Assembly (NCBI RefSeq): GCF_009914755.1
Contig: NC_060933.1
DNA from: the human T2T-CHM13v2.0 reference genome, Homo sapiens
Length of the DNA stretch: 64,000 bases
Direction: 5' to 3' (one strand)
Position 1 is the stretch's first letter. Every line of letters begins with the position of its first letter. The notes under the pieces were generated by a model. It was not told the origin of the DNA. It saw only the letters and a program-made list of their open reading frames with translations, and did no database searches. Position numbers and translations under genes: made by a program. This document shows positions 1-18,128 of this stretch, one piece after another.

Positions 1-3495
<3,495 letters not shown>

Positions 3496-3558
3496 GATGA
3501 TGTTAGCTGGTTATTTTGCTCGTTAGTTGATGCAGTTTCTTCCTAGTCTCGATGGTCT

Positions 3559-4572
3559 TTACATTTTGGCATGATTTTGCAGCGGCTGGTACCCGTTGTT
3601 CCTTTCCATGTTTAGCGCTTCCTTCAGGAGCTCTTTTAGGGCAGGCCTGGTGGTGAGAAAATCTGTCATCATTTGCTTGTCTGTGAAGTATTTTATTTCT
3701 CCTTCACTTATGAAGCTTAGTTTGGCTGCATATGAAATTCTGGGTTGAAAATTATTTTCTTTAAGAATGTTGAATATTGGCCCCCACTCTCTTCTGGCTT
3801 GTAGAGTTTCTGCCGAGAGATCAGCTGTTAGTCTGATGGGCTTCCCTTTGAGGGTAACCCGACCTTTCTCTCTGGCTGCCCTTAACATTTTTTTCTTCAT
3901 TTCCACTTTGGTGAATCTGACAATTATGTGTCTTGGAGTTGCTCTTCTCGAGGAGTATCTTTGTGGCGTTCTCTGTATTTCCTGAATCTGAATATTGGCC
4001 TGCCTTGCTAGATTGGGGAAGTTCTCCTGGATAATATCCTGCAGAGTGTTTTCCAACTTAGTTCCATTCTCCCTGTCACTTTCAGGTACACCAATCAGAC
4101 GCAGATTTGGTCTTTTCACATAGTCCCATATTTCGTGGAGGCTTTGTTCATTTCTTTTTATTCTTTTTTCTCTAAACTTCCCTTCTCGCTTCATTTCATT
4201 CATTTCATCTTCCATCACTGATACCCTTTCTTCCAGTTGATCGCATTGGCTCCTGAGGCTTCTGCATTCTTCACGTAGTTTCGAGCCTTGGCTTTCAGCT
4301 CCATCAGCTCCTTTAAGCACTTCTCTGTATTGGTTATTCTAGTTATACATTCTTCTAAATTTTTTTCAAAGTTTTCAACTTCTTTGCCTTTGGTTTGAAT
4401 TCCTCCTGTAGCTTGGAGTAGTTTGATCATCTAAAGCCTTCTTCTCTCAGCTCGTCAAAGTCATTCTCCATCCAGCTTTGTTCCATTGCTCGTAAGGAAC
4501 TGCGTTCCTTGGAGGAGGAGAGGCACTCTGATTTTTAGAGTTTCCAGTTTTTCTGCTCTGTTTTTTCCCCAT
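3559..4572 (-). pseudogene. L1 ORF1p, frameshifted
   Basis: ATGGGGAAAAAACAG start at 4572. Protein is split over ORFs 4215..4430 and 3559..4320 and ends ...QPLQNHAKM*. Confidence 0.92.
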
Positions 4573-5027
4573 CTTTGTGGTTTTATCTACTTTTGGTCTT
4601 TGATGATGGTGATGTACAGATGGGTTTTTGGTGTGGATGTCCTTTCTGTTTGTTAGTTTTCCTTCTAACAGACAGGACCCTCAGCTGCAGGTCTGTTGGA
4701 GTACCCGGCTGTGTGAGGTGTCAGTCTGCCCCTGCTGGGGGGTGCCTCCCAGTTAGGCTGCTCGGGGGTCAGGGGTCAGGGACCCACTTGAGGAGGCAGT
4801 CTGCCCGTTCTCAGATCTCCAGCTGCGTGCTGGGAGAACCACTGCTCTCTTCAAAGCTGTCAGACAGGGACATTTAAGTCTGCAGAGGTTACTGCTGTCT
4901 TTTTCTTTGTCTGTGCCCTGCCCCCAGAGGTGGAGCCTACAGAGGCAGGCAGGCCTCCTTGAGCTGTGGTGGGCTCCACCCAGTTCGAGCTTCCCGGCTG
5001 CTTTGTTTACCTAATCAAGCCTGGGCA

Positions 5028-5102
5028 ATGGCGGGCGCCCCTCCCCCAGCCTCGCTGCCGCCTTGCAGTTTGATCTCAGACTGCTGTGCTAGCAATCAGT
5101 GA
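5028..5102 (+). pseudogene. L1 antisense ORF0, truncated at codon 25
   Basis: ATGGCGGGCGCCCCTCCC encodes MAGAPPPASLPPCSLISDCCASNQ, then TGA (CGA>TGA) at 5100-5102. The rest of ORF0 is visible in ORF 5109..5336. Confidence 0.85.
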
Positions 5103-5476
5103 GACTCCGTGGGTGTAGGACCCTCTGAGCCAGGTGGGGGATATAATCTCCTGGTGTGCCGTTTTTTAAGGCTGTCGGAAAAGCGCAGTATTCGGGTGGG
5201 AGTGACCCGATTTTCCAGGTGCCATCTGTCACCACTTTCTTTGACTAGGAAAGGGAACTCCCTGACGCCTTGTGCTTCCCGAGTGAGGCAATGCCTCGCC
5301 CTGCTTCGGCTCGCACACGGTGCGCGCACCCACTGACCTGCGCCCACTGTCTGGCACTCCCTAGTGAGATGAACCTGGTACCTCAGATGGAAATGCAGAA
5401 ATCACCCATCTTCTGCCTTGCTCACACTGGGAGCTGTAGACCAGAGCTGTTCCTATTCTGCCATCTTGGCTCCTCC

Positions 5477-8515
<3,039 letters not shown>

Positions 8516-9475
8516 AATGTTGAACAGAGGTGGCAAGAATGAATCTGCTAGTCTTGTTCCTAATCCTGGGGGAAAGCTTTCAGTCTTTCACCACTAAGTA
8601 TGAGGTTAGCTGTGAGTTATTTTTTGATGCCTTTTATCAAGTTGAGAAAGCTCCCTTCTGTTCTTAGTGTGTTGAGTGTTTTTATCCTGAAAGAATGATG
8701 GATTTTGTCAATACTTTTTCTGCATGTATTGAGATGATCTTTTTTTATTCTGTTGGTATTGTGCATTACAGTAATTGCATTACATAATTTCAGATGTTGA
8801 GCCAACTTCTTTATTCTACTGATTGTTTCCTTTGTTGTACAGAAACTATTTAGCTTGATATAATCTCATTTGTCTATTTTTTTGTTCTTATTGCCTGTGC
8901 TTTTGAGGTCTTACCCAAAAAATCTCTGCCCTGCCCAGACCAATGTCCTGAAGTGTTTTCCCAATTTTTTTTCTAGTAGATTCATAGTTTCACATCTTAT
9001 ATTTACATCTTTAACCCATTTAGAGTTGATTTTTGTCTATGGTGAGAGATGGAGGTCCAATTTTATTCTTGTGCATATAGATATCTAGTTTTCCCAGCAC
9101 CATTTATTGAATAAATTTTCCCAATGAATATTCTTGGCATCTTTGTCAAAATGATTTGGCTGTAAACATGTGGATTTATTTCTGGGTTCTCAATTCTTAT
9201 TCTTATAATTTTTTATTATATATGTCTGTTTTTATGCCAGTAACATGCTGTTTTTGTTACTATAGCTTTGTAGTATATTTTGAAGTCAGATAGTGTGATG
9301 TTTCCAGCTTTATTCAGATTGCTTTTGTTATTCAGGGTCTTTTGCGAATCCATACAAAAGCTAGGATTGTTTTTTCTATTTCTGTGAAGAAAGTCATTGG
9401 TATTTTGATAGAGATCACACTGAATCTGTAGATTGCTTTGGGTAATATGAACATTTTGACAATATTCAATATTGG
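8516..9475 (-). mobile_element. Old L1M ORF2 fragments
   Basis: Degenerate ORF2 peptides (..[26 protein letters not shown]..). Confidence 0.8.
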
Positions 9476-10199
9476 TGATAGCCAATGCCTATGGAACAAG
9501 CGAAATTGAATTTAACAGTGGACTACAAATGGACTTAGCCTAAAAACCACTCACTCCAGGCCTCACTTGCTGATCAAATGTGGCTAAAAGAATTTTGATA
9601 TGGACTTCTTGTCACCAGTCACTCTCTCCAATGTGTAACCAGACCAACAACTTGGGACAGGTCTATCCCAGTCACAACTGGCAGTCAAAACCTAACAACA
9701 GGATGACTGATCAGTGATGCTTTTGGAGAACGATCTCCATCAAAAGAGGCTAATGGCAAAGTCATCAGAATCAAAATGGTATCACTTGAATTAACAACCC
9801 TGGAAAATGAAGCCAGGGAAGGCCAGAAAGGGAGGGTTCTCACACACGAATGCCTCATAACAAGAACTATCACAAAGGACTGCAGAAACTACAACCCTGC
9901 ACAAAGGCCGCTGAAACCTCACACACACGCACAAAACACTTCTGTGCGAACATCTGCCCAGCAACTACCTGTCTCACCTCAGACTGTCACCACCCTTGTT
10001 ATTGATTCCTGTAGCCAAGGATAATTATCTCAAACAATCGAGTAATCCTCATTTTTCTCAGCTTTCCTTTAAAAACTTTTACCTTCCTGAATATGCACAT
10101 CATTTACTATGGCACATGTATTCTCATTGCAATGCCCATTCCCAAATAAATATCATTCATTTTAAAGAGCCTCTCTCTCACTGTTATTTAGGTTCAACA
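9476..10199 (+). mobile_element. ERV1-class 3' internal remnant plus LTR (MER34/MER39-like; LTR ~9754-10199)
   Basis: Degenerate polypurine tract AAAAGAGGCTAA before TG, then ..CAGAATCAAAATGGTATCAC.., AATAAA at ~10145, and end ..GGTTCAACA. Confidence 0.65.
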
Positions 10200-11046
10200 A
10201 CATTTATTGAACACTAAAAGCAAGAACGGCAAAGCACACATTTCTTTCAAGCACACCTGGAACATTCATTAAGACAGACTACACCCTTGACCACTGGAGG
10301 ATATGCTTTTATTTTTGCTCATGAAATATATAACAAGAATGACTATATGCTGGGTCATACAAAAGCCTAAAAGTCCTCAAAGAATTGAAATAATACCAAG
10401 TATGATATTTGAAAACAATGGAACTAAGCAAGAAAAATACTAGTAATAATCAGAAAATCACCAATTATTTGGAAATGATGCCATGCATTTCTAAACAGCC
10501 TGAGAGTCAAATAAAAAATATCAATGAAAATTAGAAAATATTAAAGATGGTAACAAAAATACAACATATCAAAATTTGTGAGATGCGACTAGTACAGTGA
10601 AAAAAAATTTCTAGCTCTAAATGCATGCAATAGAAAAAGGGGTGAAAAATCAATGGTATCTACTTCAACATTAAATAGGTAGGGGGAAAAAGCAACTTAT
10701 TCCGAAAGAAAATAGAAAAAAGTAAACAATAAAAACAAATGTGAAAAGCAATGAAATGCAAGCAGTTACACAATACAGAAAAATCGACCAAACCAAAATT
10801 TGATCTTTTGAAAAGATTACTAAAATTAACAAACTCCTACCAAGACTGATCAAAGAAAAAGAAGAAAACAAAAATCAAAATTTTGGGAATGACAAAGGAT
10901 ATCACCAAAGATAATAAAAACATTAAAAAGATAATAAGCAATTTTAAATTTACTATAAATTTGTAGCATGCAAGATAGTACTGTGTTTATATGAAGATAG
11001 AAAATAGATTAATTAAAGATTAAATAAAGTTTAGACAAACCCACAG

Positions 11047-11422
11047 AGATATGGTTTGGCTCTGTGTTTCCACCCAAATCTCATGTTGAATTGTGATCCC
11101 CAGTGTTGGGGGAGGGATCGGTGGGAGGTGATTGGATCACAGGGGTGGGTTTCCCCCTTGCTATTCTCATGGTAGTGAGCGACTTCTCACAAGATTTGGT
11201 TGTTCAAAAGTGTGTAGCCCTTCCCCCTTTGTTATCTATCCTGCTGGCCATGTGAAGATGTACTTCCCCTTCACCTTCCACCATGATTGTAAGTTTCCTG
11301 AGGCCTCTCCAGCCATGCTTCCTGTACAGCCTACAGAACAGCGAGCCAATTAAACCTCTTTGCCTCATAAATTACCCAGTTTCAGGTAGTTCTTTATGAC
11401 AATGTGAGAACGGACTAATACA
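11047..11422 (+). mobile_element. MaLR solo LTR (MSTA-like)
   Basis: GATATGGTTTGG...CCCAAATCTCATGTTGAATTG start and ...GAACGGACTAATACA end. 5-bp TSD CACAG/CGCAG. Confidence 0.9.
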
Positions 11423-11880
11423 CGCAGTTACCTGGTTAATTGAAATACATTTTTTTCTAAAGTAAAACCTAAACATGAAAGCTAAAGTTTTGAAGCTCCT
11501 AGAAAAAGATTGTTAGCTAATGTCTTCACAATCTTGAGTTAAATATATTTCATACAAGACACAGTCTCTTGAAATCCCCAAACAAGAAATAATGGGTAAT
11601 TGGACTTTATATAAATTAAAATTTTATGTCCATCAAAAGACAATGTTAGAAAAATAAGAATTAAGCCACAGACTGGGAGAAAATATTCACAATACATATA
11701 GCTGATGGATTAATATACAATACATATGAATTAAAAATTCTTATAAATTATTAAAAGACAATCTAATAAAATGGGTATACAAATTAATAAAAAGAAGATA
11801 TATAAATAATAAGCACCTGAAAAGAGTCCGATATCATTAGTTATTGGGGAAATAAAAATTAAAACCACGATTAGGTAGGA

Positions 11881-12034
11881 TGTCATGTTGGTGTTATTAC
11901 AATTCTTTGAAGATTTTTAGGCTTTTGTATGACCCAACATATAATCATTCTTGTTATATATTTCATGAACAAAAATAAAAACATATCCTTCAGTGGCCGA
12001 GTGTATTATCTGTCTTCGTGAACGTTCCATGTGT
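11881..12034 (-). repeat. Inverted ~155-bp copy of 10253-10407
   Basis: Reverse complement shares exact 24-nt (TCATGAAATATATAACAAGAATGA) and 22-nt (TGGGTCATACAAAAGCCTAAAA) blocks. Confidence 0.9.
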
Positions 12035-13369
12035 TCGCTCATACACTCTAGGATGGCAAAAATAGCTATAAGATTTCTGTAGAGAGAATATTTTGTTTTC
12101 TGAGTTATTTACCTGATGAAACTGAGGTCCAAAGAGGATAAGTGAACTTCACAAAGTCACAGAGCAGTTCATTTAGAGTTTGAGGACTGGGACTGGCAAT
12201 AAAACAGGTTTTTCTCACAATGAATGCGTTGGAGACTGGAATTCCCAGATGTCTCTACCACTTTCAGCAGGGAGCTCTGGGGATTGTGCCAGAAACTACA
12301 TGTAGGTAACTCCTCTCTTCCTAGGGTTCTAATCAGTCTGGCTGATTCAGGATCCATGGTGCTGCTCTCATTTCCCCTTCCTTGGAGCAGAAGAGGGTTC
12401 CGTGTCCCAGGAGGCCCTTCTGCATTAAACATAGGGGAAGATGATGTCTTTTCATGTGATCCTCAAATATAGCTTTTCTACTCTTGACACGTGAGAACCT
12501 AAAGCAGAACACTGAAACCTCTACCTTAGCATGAATAAATGAGGAACTCTTCTTGGCCCAATCCAGAACTGACAGTAAGTTATTGGTCACACCTCTCATT
12601 TTTTGGTCAATCAAGAGAATCAGAATGGTCCATGGAAATAGTTTCAGGAACCCTGTTGTTGCTATCAGTCATAGTGCTGATCTTGGATGAATTCAGCAGC
12701 CCTTTAAGATTCTGTTTACTCATTCACCAAATAAGGGAGTTGTATTAGGTGGCTTAACATGTTTAGTCCCTAAAGGCTAGAGTGGCTAGATAGCTTTGAT
12801 CCAGAGCACTATTTTACCAGGTTGTGATCTATATCCCTAGTCCCTGAAACCATAATTTCCTGAAATTTCCATGTACCCCTGAGAGAGGTTTGGCATGTGA
12901 ACAAAACATGTCAGGTCAGGTTTCCTGAGTTTTCACATGCAGGAAAACAAGCGATTTGGGGGAACATTTATCAGCATTGGGAAGGATCACAAAGGAGCAG
13001 ACTCAGACCTACTAGGAGATGTGTTCATATTAAATCTGAATCCCAAGCATTAATTTTCCCAGCATTCTTTTTTAAATTAAAACAAACCAATGTTCAGTTT
13101 AAATGCAAAAGATCAACAAATCAAGCATTCAGTATTTGTATAAATATGCGATTGATTAGACTAATTCAACATCCAACAATACTTTTTTTTTCCTTTTCAC
13201 AAACAAGTTTGAACACCTTCTATGTACTAAAACTAATGCTGGGCAATCTAAGATCTTCATTAAGGGTAGTCTGTTTTATTAACTATGTAAGTAAAAAGCA
13301 ATGCCGGTAGCTAAATGATTACACCATACACTTTTGTCATAGCTTAAAAATCATTTTACCACCGATCTG

Positions 13370-13850
13370 TTTCCTATCTTATTGAATAGATGATTACCGA
13401 GTACATATTAAGAAGAAACAAGATGAATAAAAATGAGTCTCTGGCACTAAGGGACAAATAGTCTAATGGTAATAAGCAGACAATTATAAAGCAATATGTC
13501 AAATATTCTACCAGAGACCCATAGAAAGGACTGCGGGGGGCAAGAGCATAAAACAATGAACTTCAACAGGAAAACATGTAAAATACTCTCAGAAGTTGAC
13601 ACCTGACCTCTTGCCTGGTGGAGAGGAGGAAGCACCCAAGAAGGGGAATAGGAATGGCAAATCATGGGGCCAGGAAGATGAGTTGTTCGGGGACTGTGAG
13701 TGGCTTCATGGGTAAGAAGGTGGGGTGCCCTGGTATGAGGGAGAATTCTCATTGGATGATAGAGGAAGACAGAATCATGAAGGGCTGATTATGTCATGAT
13801 ATGAAATAGCATGAACAATTTCCTGATGGCAGTAAGAGGCTATGTTACAG
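13370..13850. mobile_element. L2 remnant
   Basis: Degenerate purine-rich sequence resembling an L2 3' region. Confidence 0.45.
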
Positions 13851-13868
13851 CAGCCTGTAACATAGATG

Positions 13869-14082
13869 CAAGTCCCAAGTAGGGTATTCTTTTCTCTGAG
13901 CAATGCTAGAGACAAATTAAGGTGTAGCTTTGGGGGCAAATGAAAGATTTGATGCCTTGTTTGTATTTAAGAATATATAAATCTAACAAATATAATAAGG
14001 CCATTTTAGAACAAAGAAGGGTTTAGGAGCTGAAATAGACCATCTAAAGCTTAGATTTTTAAATCCAAGTGGCCAGGAGAAG
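13869..14082 (+). repeat. Copy 1 of a ~210-bp dispersed direct duplication
   Basis: Shares CTAGAGACAAATTAAGGTGT, GCTTTGGGGGCAAATGAA and AATAGACCATCTAAAG with 15766-15969. Confidence 0.92.
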
Positions 14083-14358
14083 AGAAACCAAGGATTCATT
14101 TACCCTTCTTCACAGGCAGGGAAACTATAATAGATTTCAGAGACAATAAATGAATTATTCAAACCCATATTATTGGGCTTGATGCAGAAGGCTAATTAAG
14201 ATTTTCTTAGTGCAAACTAAAGTTTTTTTTACCATTACACTGTTCAACCTAAATATTCTCTTCAGAAACAAATAAGTGAGTCTAATGCACTGTTTTTAAG
14301 TGTATAGATACAGTAGAGTTCAGATTTTGAGTAGCGGATAAGAAATGCTCCCCAGACG

Positions 14359-14660
14359 GGCCGGGCACGGTGGCTCACGCCTGTAATCCCAGCACTTTGG
14401 GAGGCCGAGGCGGGCGGATCACGAGGCCAGGAGTTCAAGACCAGCCTGGCCAAGATGGTGAAACCCCGTCTCTAATAAAAATACAAAAATTAGCTGGGCG
14501 TGGTGGAAAGCGCCTGTAATCCGAGCTACTCAGGAGGCTGAGGCAGAGAATTGCTTGAACTCGGGAGGCAAAGTTTGCAGTGAGCCGAGATTGCACCACT
14601 GCACTCCAGCCTGGGCAACAGAGCGAGACTCCATCTCAAAAAAAAAAAAAAAAAAAAAAA
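14359..14660 (+). mobile_element. Alu (AluSg-like)
   Basis: Full dimer with A-tail. TSD GAAATGCTCCCCAGA(C/T)G at 14342 and 14662. Confidence 0.97.
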
Positions 14661-15414
14661 TGAAATGCTCCCCAGATGATTGTGAGACACACCTTCAGCT
14701 TAAACCCACTGACCAGGATGTGACAATATCTATCATCATAATAAAATTGAAACCGAATGACATACCTTTTCCCCAAAGTCAATTGTTTTAAGTTTTATTA
14801 GTTTACTTGCTTAGAATTTCTGGATAATTCTGAGAACATTAATTCATGTTAATAAAATTTTATTTGGAGTCAATGTAATTGGACTGCATGTTTTTATTAA
14901 ATAATGAAATTCCTTTATTCATTATTTAATAAAAACTTGCAACCTGAAGGTGTGTATCCCTTGGGAAAGAAAAGTGTAAACTGGAATAAATGTTACTTGT
15001 TTCTAACTCTTACTGTAAAGATGATATAAATAAATGAATATGACAAAAATTATCACTGTACATCTGCTATCTGCTTAGCTTCTGAATCTGGACTTGGTTG
15101 CAATTAGGGGGAGAGGAGCTACAGATACCAGGAAGGAAGGAGTCTGTTGCTTTCAGGATAGCTCCATCTCAGAGTACAAATCAAGTGTAAAAATTGGATC
15201 TTGTCCAGACATTGGATTGGACCAAAGTAGACTAACTCACGTCAATCATGTTCACAAAAGATTGAGGCATAAGCCAAAAATATCCACATCTTCATTTGCT
15301 TTGAGAACTGCAACTGTCAAATTGAATGGATATTTAAATTCCCTGATGGTGCATTCGCTCCTTATAGAAAATATGCATGAGACTGAACTAGAGTCAGAAA
15401 ATGACTTGGTGAAT

Positions 15415-15640
15415 ATTGAAAGGCAGTGTAGCACAGTGGTTTAGAACTTAAGCTTTTGACTCAGACAAACTTCACTTCAATACCTGCTGCTGTAGACTTC
15501 AGCAATTGCATCGCCACCCTGAACTTCAGTTTCTACATTTTTAAATAAAGATATTCACAGTGCTGGTGCACAGGGCTATCACTTAAGTGAATTCAGAACC
15601 TGGCAATGGCTAGTGCTCAGCCAGTATTAGCTATGATTAT
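15415..15640. mobile_element. MIR remnant
   Basis: AGGCAGTGTAGCACAGTGGTT..CAGAC..TTCAA..CAGTTTC core-like sequence. Confidence 0.6.
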
Positions 15641-15765
15641 TACTCCAACTTTTTTCATAGTGTCAGAACAAGGGCTGTGGATTGGATAAACTTAATGTCC
15701 AGTATTATCTATTTAAGAGATCCTGGTATATCCTCACTATGGCTTCTGTGGGAAAAAAGGAATTT

Positions 15766-15969
15766 CAAGTCCCAAATCAAGGTATTCTTTGAGCGGCACT
15801 AGAGACAAATTAAGGTGTGGCTTTGGGGGCAAATGAAGGATTTGACACCTTCTATTTAGATGTAAAATATATAAATCTCATAAATAAATATAATAAGGCA
15901 AGGAAGGGTTCAGGAGCTGGAATAGACCATCTAAAGTTTAGGTTTTTAAATCCAAGGGGCCAGGAGAAG
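15766..15969 (+). repeat. Copy 2 of the ~210-bp direct duplication
   Basis: See 13869-14082. Confidence 0.92.
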
Positions 15970-15980
15970 CCAAACTGACT

Positions 15981-16278
15981 GGAGAAGCACCTGTGAGTGA
16001 GGAGCACCTCTGAGTGAGGAGCATCTGTGAGGAGCACCTGTGAGGACCACCTATCCTATGTGGAGCACCTGTGAGTGAGGAGCACCTATCCTATGAGTGA
16101 GGAGCACCTGTGAGTGAGGAGCACCTATCCTATGAGTGAGAAGCACCTCTGAGTAAGGATCATCTGTGAGTGAGGAGCACCTATGAGTGAGGAGCATCTA
16201 TGAGTGAGGAGCACCTGCAAGAAGCACCTGTGAGTGAGGAGCACCTATCTTATGAGTGAGGAGTACCTGCGAGTGAGG
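15981..16278. repeat. Minisatellite, ~17-bp unit GAGGAGCACCTGTGAGT with 13- and 22-bp variants
   Basis: About 17-18 directly abutting variant units, read by eye. Confidence 0.95.
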
Positions 16279-17191
16279 TATATCAGAGGTGTTAGGGAAA
16301 GCATGTGTCATTCCCAGGCATGCTTGGGGATACTGGAGCAGAATTCAATGCATTTCCTGTAGCTTTTCTTAGGGAAAGCCAAAATATTACTCTAAGTAAA
16401 GTGACTATGATGAAAAAGTCTTGCTCCATAACTTCAATTTTTTTTCTTTGCACAAAGTCAAATGATTTGATTTTTGTTCTACTTACTTGCCAGAGCTGCT
16501 TTTTAGAGATGACACCCTGGTTAACTTGTCAGAATTCTGGGTCTCTCAAAATCTCCATATTGGCTTCTGGACCACCATTTAAATTAGTTCAACCCATCAC
16601 ATCCATCACACTTAAAAATAATCTTTTACTTTCAAAAATAACACATGCTAGTAAAAGAAATGGTGTGTGTCATACAGAAGTTGACACCCACCATTCTTCC
16701 CCCCACACTCACTCCCTAGAAGCAAACATTATCCATCTTTTGAGTGTGTTCTTCTAGATTGTGTTCTTATTCATACACAAATATTTCTGTTTCATTTTTA
16801 CTTAACTGTAACTATGCGTATACACACTGTTCTGGTATTTTACATTTTTTACTTAATTATATTATTACTAAGAGAAAAGTACTCGTGTAAACAGATAGGA
16901 CATGTACAATCCAAGGCACACTTTTACTGGTGGCTGATATGTATCATATGGACAGCTGAAATAGTTCAAAGGAGCCTTAGGTATCTTATCAAATACTGAC
17001 ACCAATCGATAACTTGACAAATGGTCTGACCCAAACTTTTTAACATGCACAATAATAAATCCAAGCTTTCTCAAAACAGAATTATTTAACCACAGAATTT
17101 TTTCAAACAGGAGTTTGAAGTACTTTTAACACAGCATTATTTTACTCTTTTGCTACTTATAACAAAATGTATTTCACACAGAATTTGAGAC

Positions 17192-18128
17192 ATGGACAGA
17201 AGAAACCAGACCTGCATCTATGAATTTCTTCTCATGGGCTTCTCTGAACACCAGGAGCAGCAGGCTCTTTTGTTTGGGCTTTTCCTGGTCATGTACTTGG
17301 TCACTGTGTTGGAGAACCTGCTAATCATCCTGGCCATTGGCTCTGACCTGCACCTCCACACCCCCCATGTACCTCTTCCTGTCCAACCTGTCCTTTTTGG
17401 ATATTGGCTTTATCTCTACAATAATTCCCAAGATGCTAGATCATATTAGCTCAGGAATTAAGCTGATTTCTTATGGGGAGTGTCTGACACAACTCTATTT
17501 CTCTGGCCTATTTGCAGATCTGGACAACAACTTTCTCCTGGCTGTGATGGCCCTTGACCGCTATGTGGCCATCAGCCATCCTCTCCATTATGCCCTAACC
17601 ATGAACTCCCAACGCTGTGTCCTGTTGGTGGCTGTGTCATGGGTGATCACTATTTTACATGCCCTAGTGCATACCCTCCTAGTGACCAGGCTTTCCTTCT
17701 GTGGTCCAAATATTATCCCTCACTTCTTCTGTGATCTGGTCCCACTCCTGAAGCTGGCCTGCTCCAGTACTTGTGTCAATGATCTGGTGCTCATCCTTGT
17801 GGCAGGAACACTGCTGATTGCGCCCTTTGTCTGCATCCTTATGTCCTACTTTTACATTGCATTGGCCATCCTGAGAATTGATTCCCCAAGGGGTAAGCAA
17901 AGGGCCTTCTCCAGCTGCACTTCCCACCTCTCTGTAGTCTCTCTGTTCTATAGCACAGCTATCGGTGTCTATTTATGTCCTCCATCATCCCACTCAGATG
18001 GAAAGGACAGAGTCTTCTCAGTCATGTACACGGTGGTGACTCCCATGTTGAACCCCTTCATCTACAGCCTGAGGAACAGGGATATGAAGGGGGCACTGGG
18101 AAAACTGCTTGGAATAAAAACATCCTAA
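17192..18128 (+). pseudogene. OR1H1P: Olfactory receptor family 1 pseudogene (+1 frameshift)
   Basis: ORF 17192.. (MDRRNQT..FLLMGFS..LHLHTP) joins ORF 17337..18128 ([41 protein letters not shown]). C6 run at 17361-17366 where C5 is needed. Symbol assigned from recalled gene order next to OR1Q1. Confidence 0.9.

Larger units (their letters stand above)
10200..12065 (+). mobile_element. Old L1M ORF2 fragments (interrupted by MSTA and by an inverted local duplication)
   Basis: A-rich degenerate ORF2 EN/linker and C-terminal sequence. Confidence 0.7.

Noticed and set aside
15981-16278. CRISPR-like repeat array
   Set aside because: Units abut directly with no unique spacers, there are no cas genes, and the context is mammalian; it is a minisatellite.
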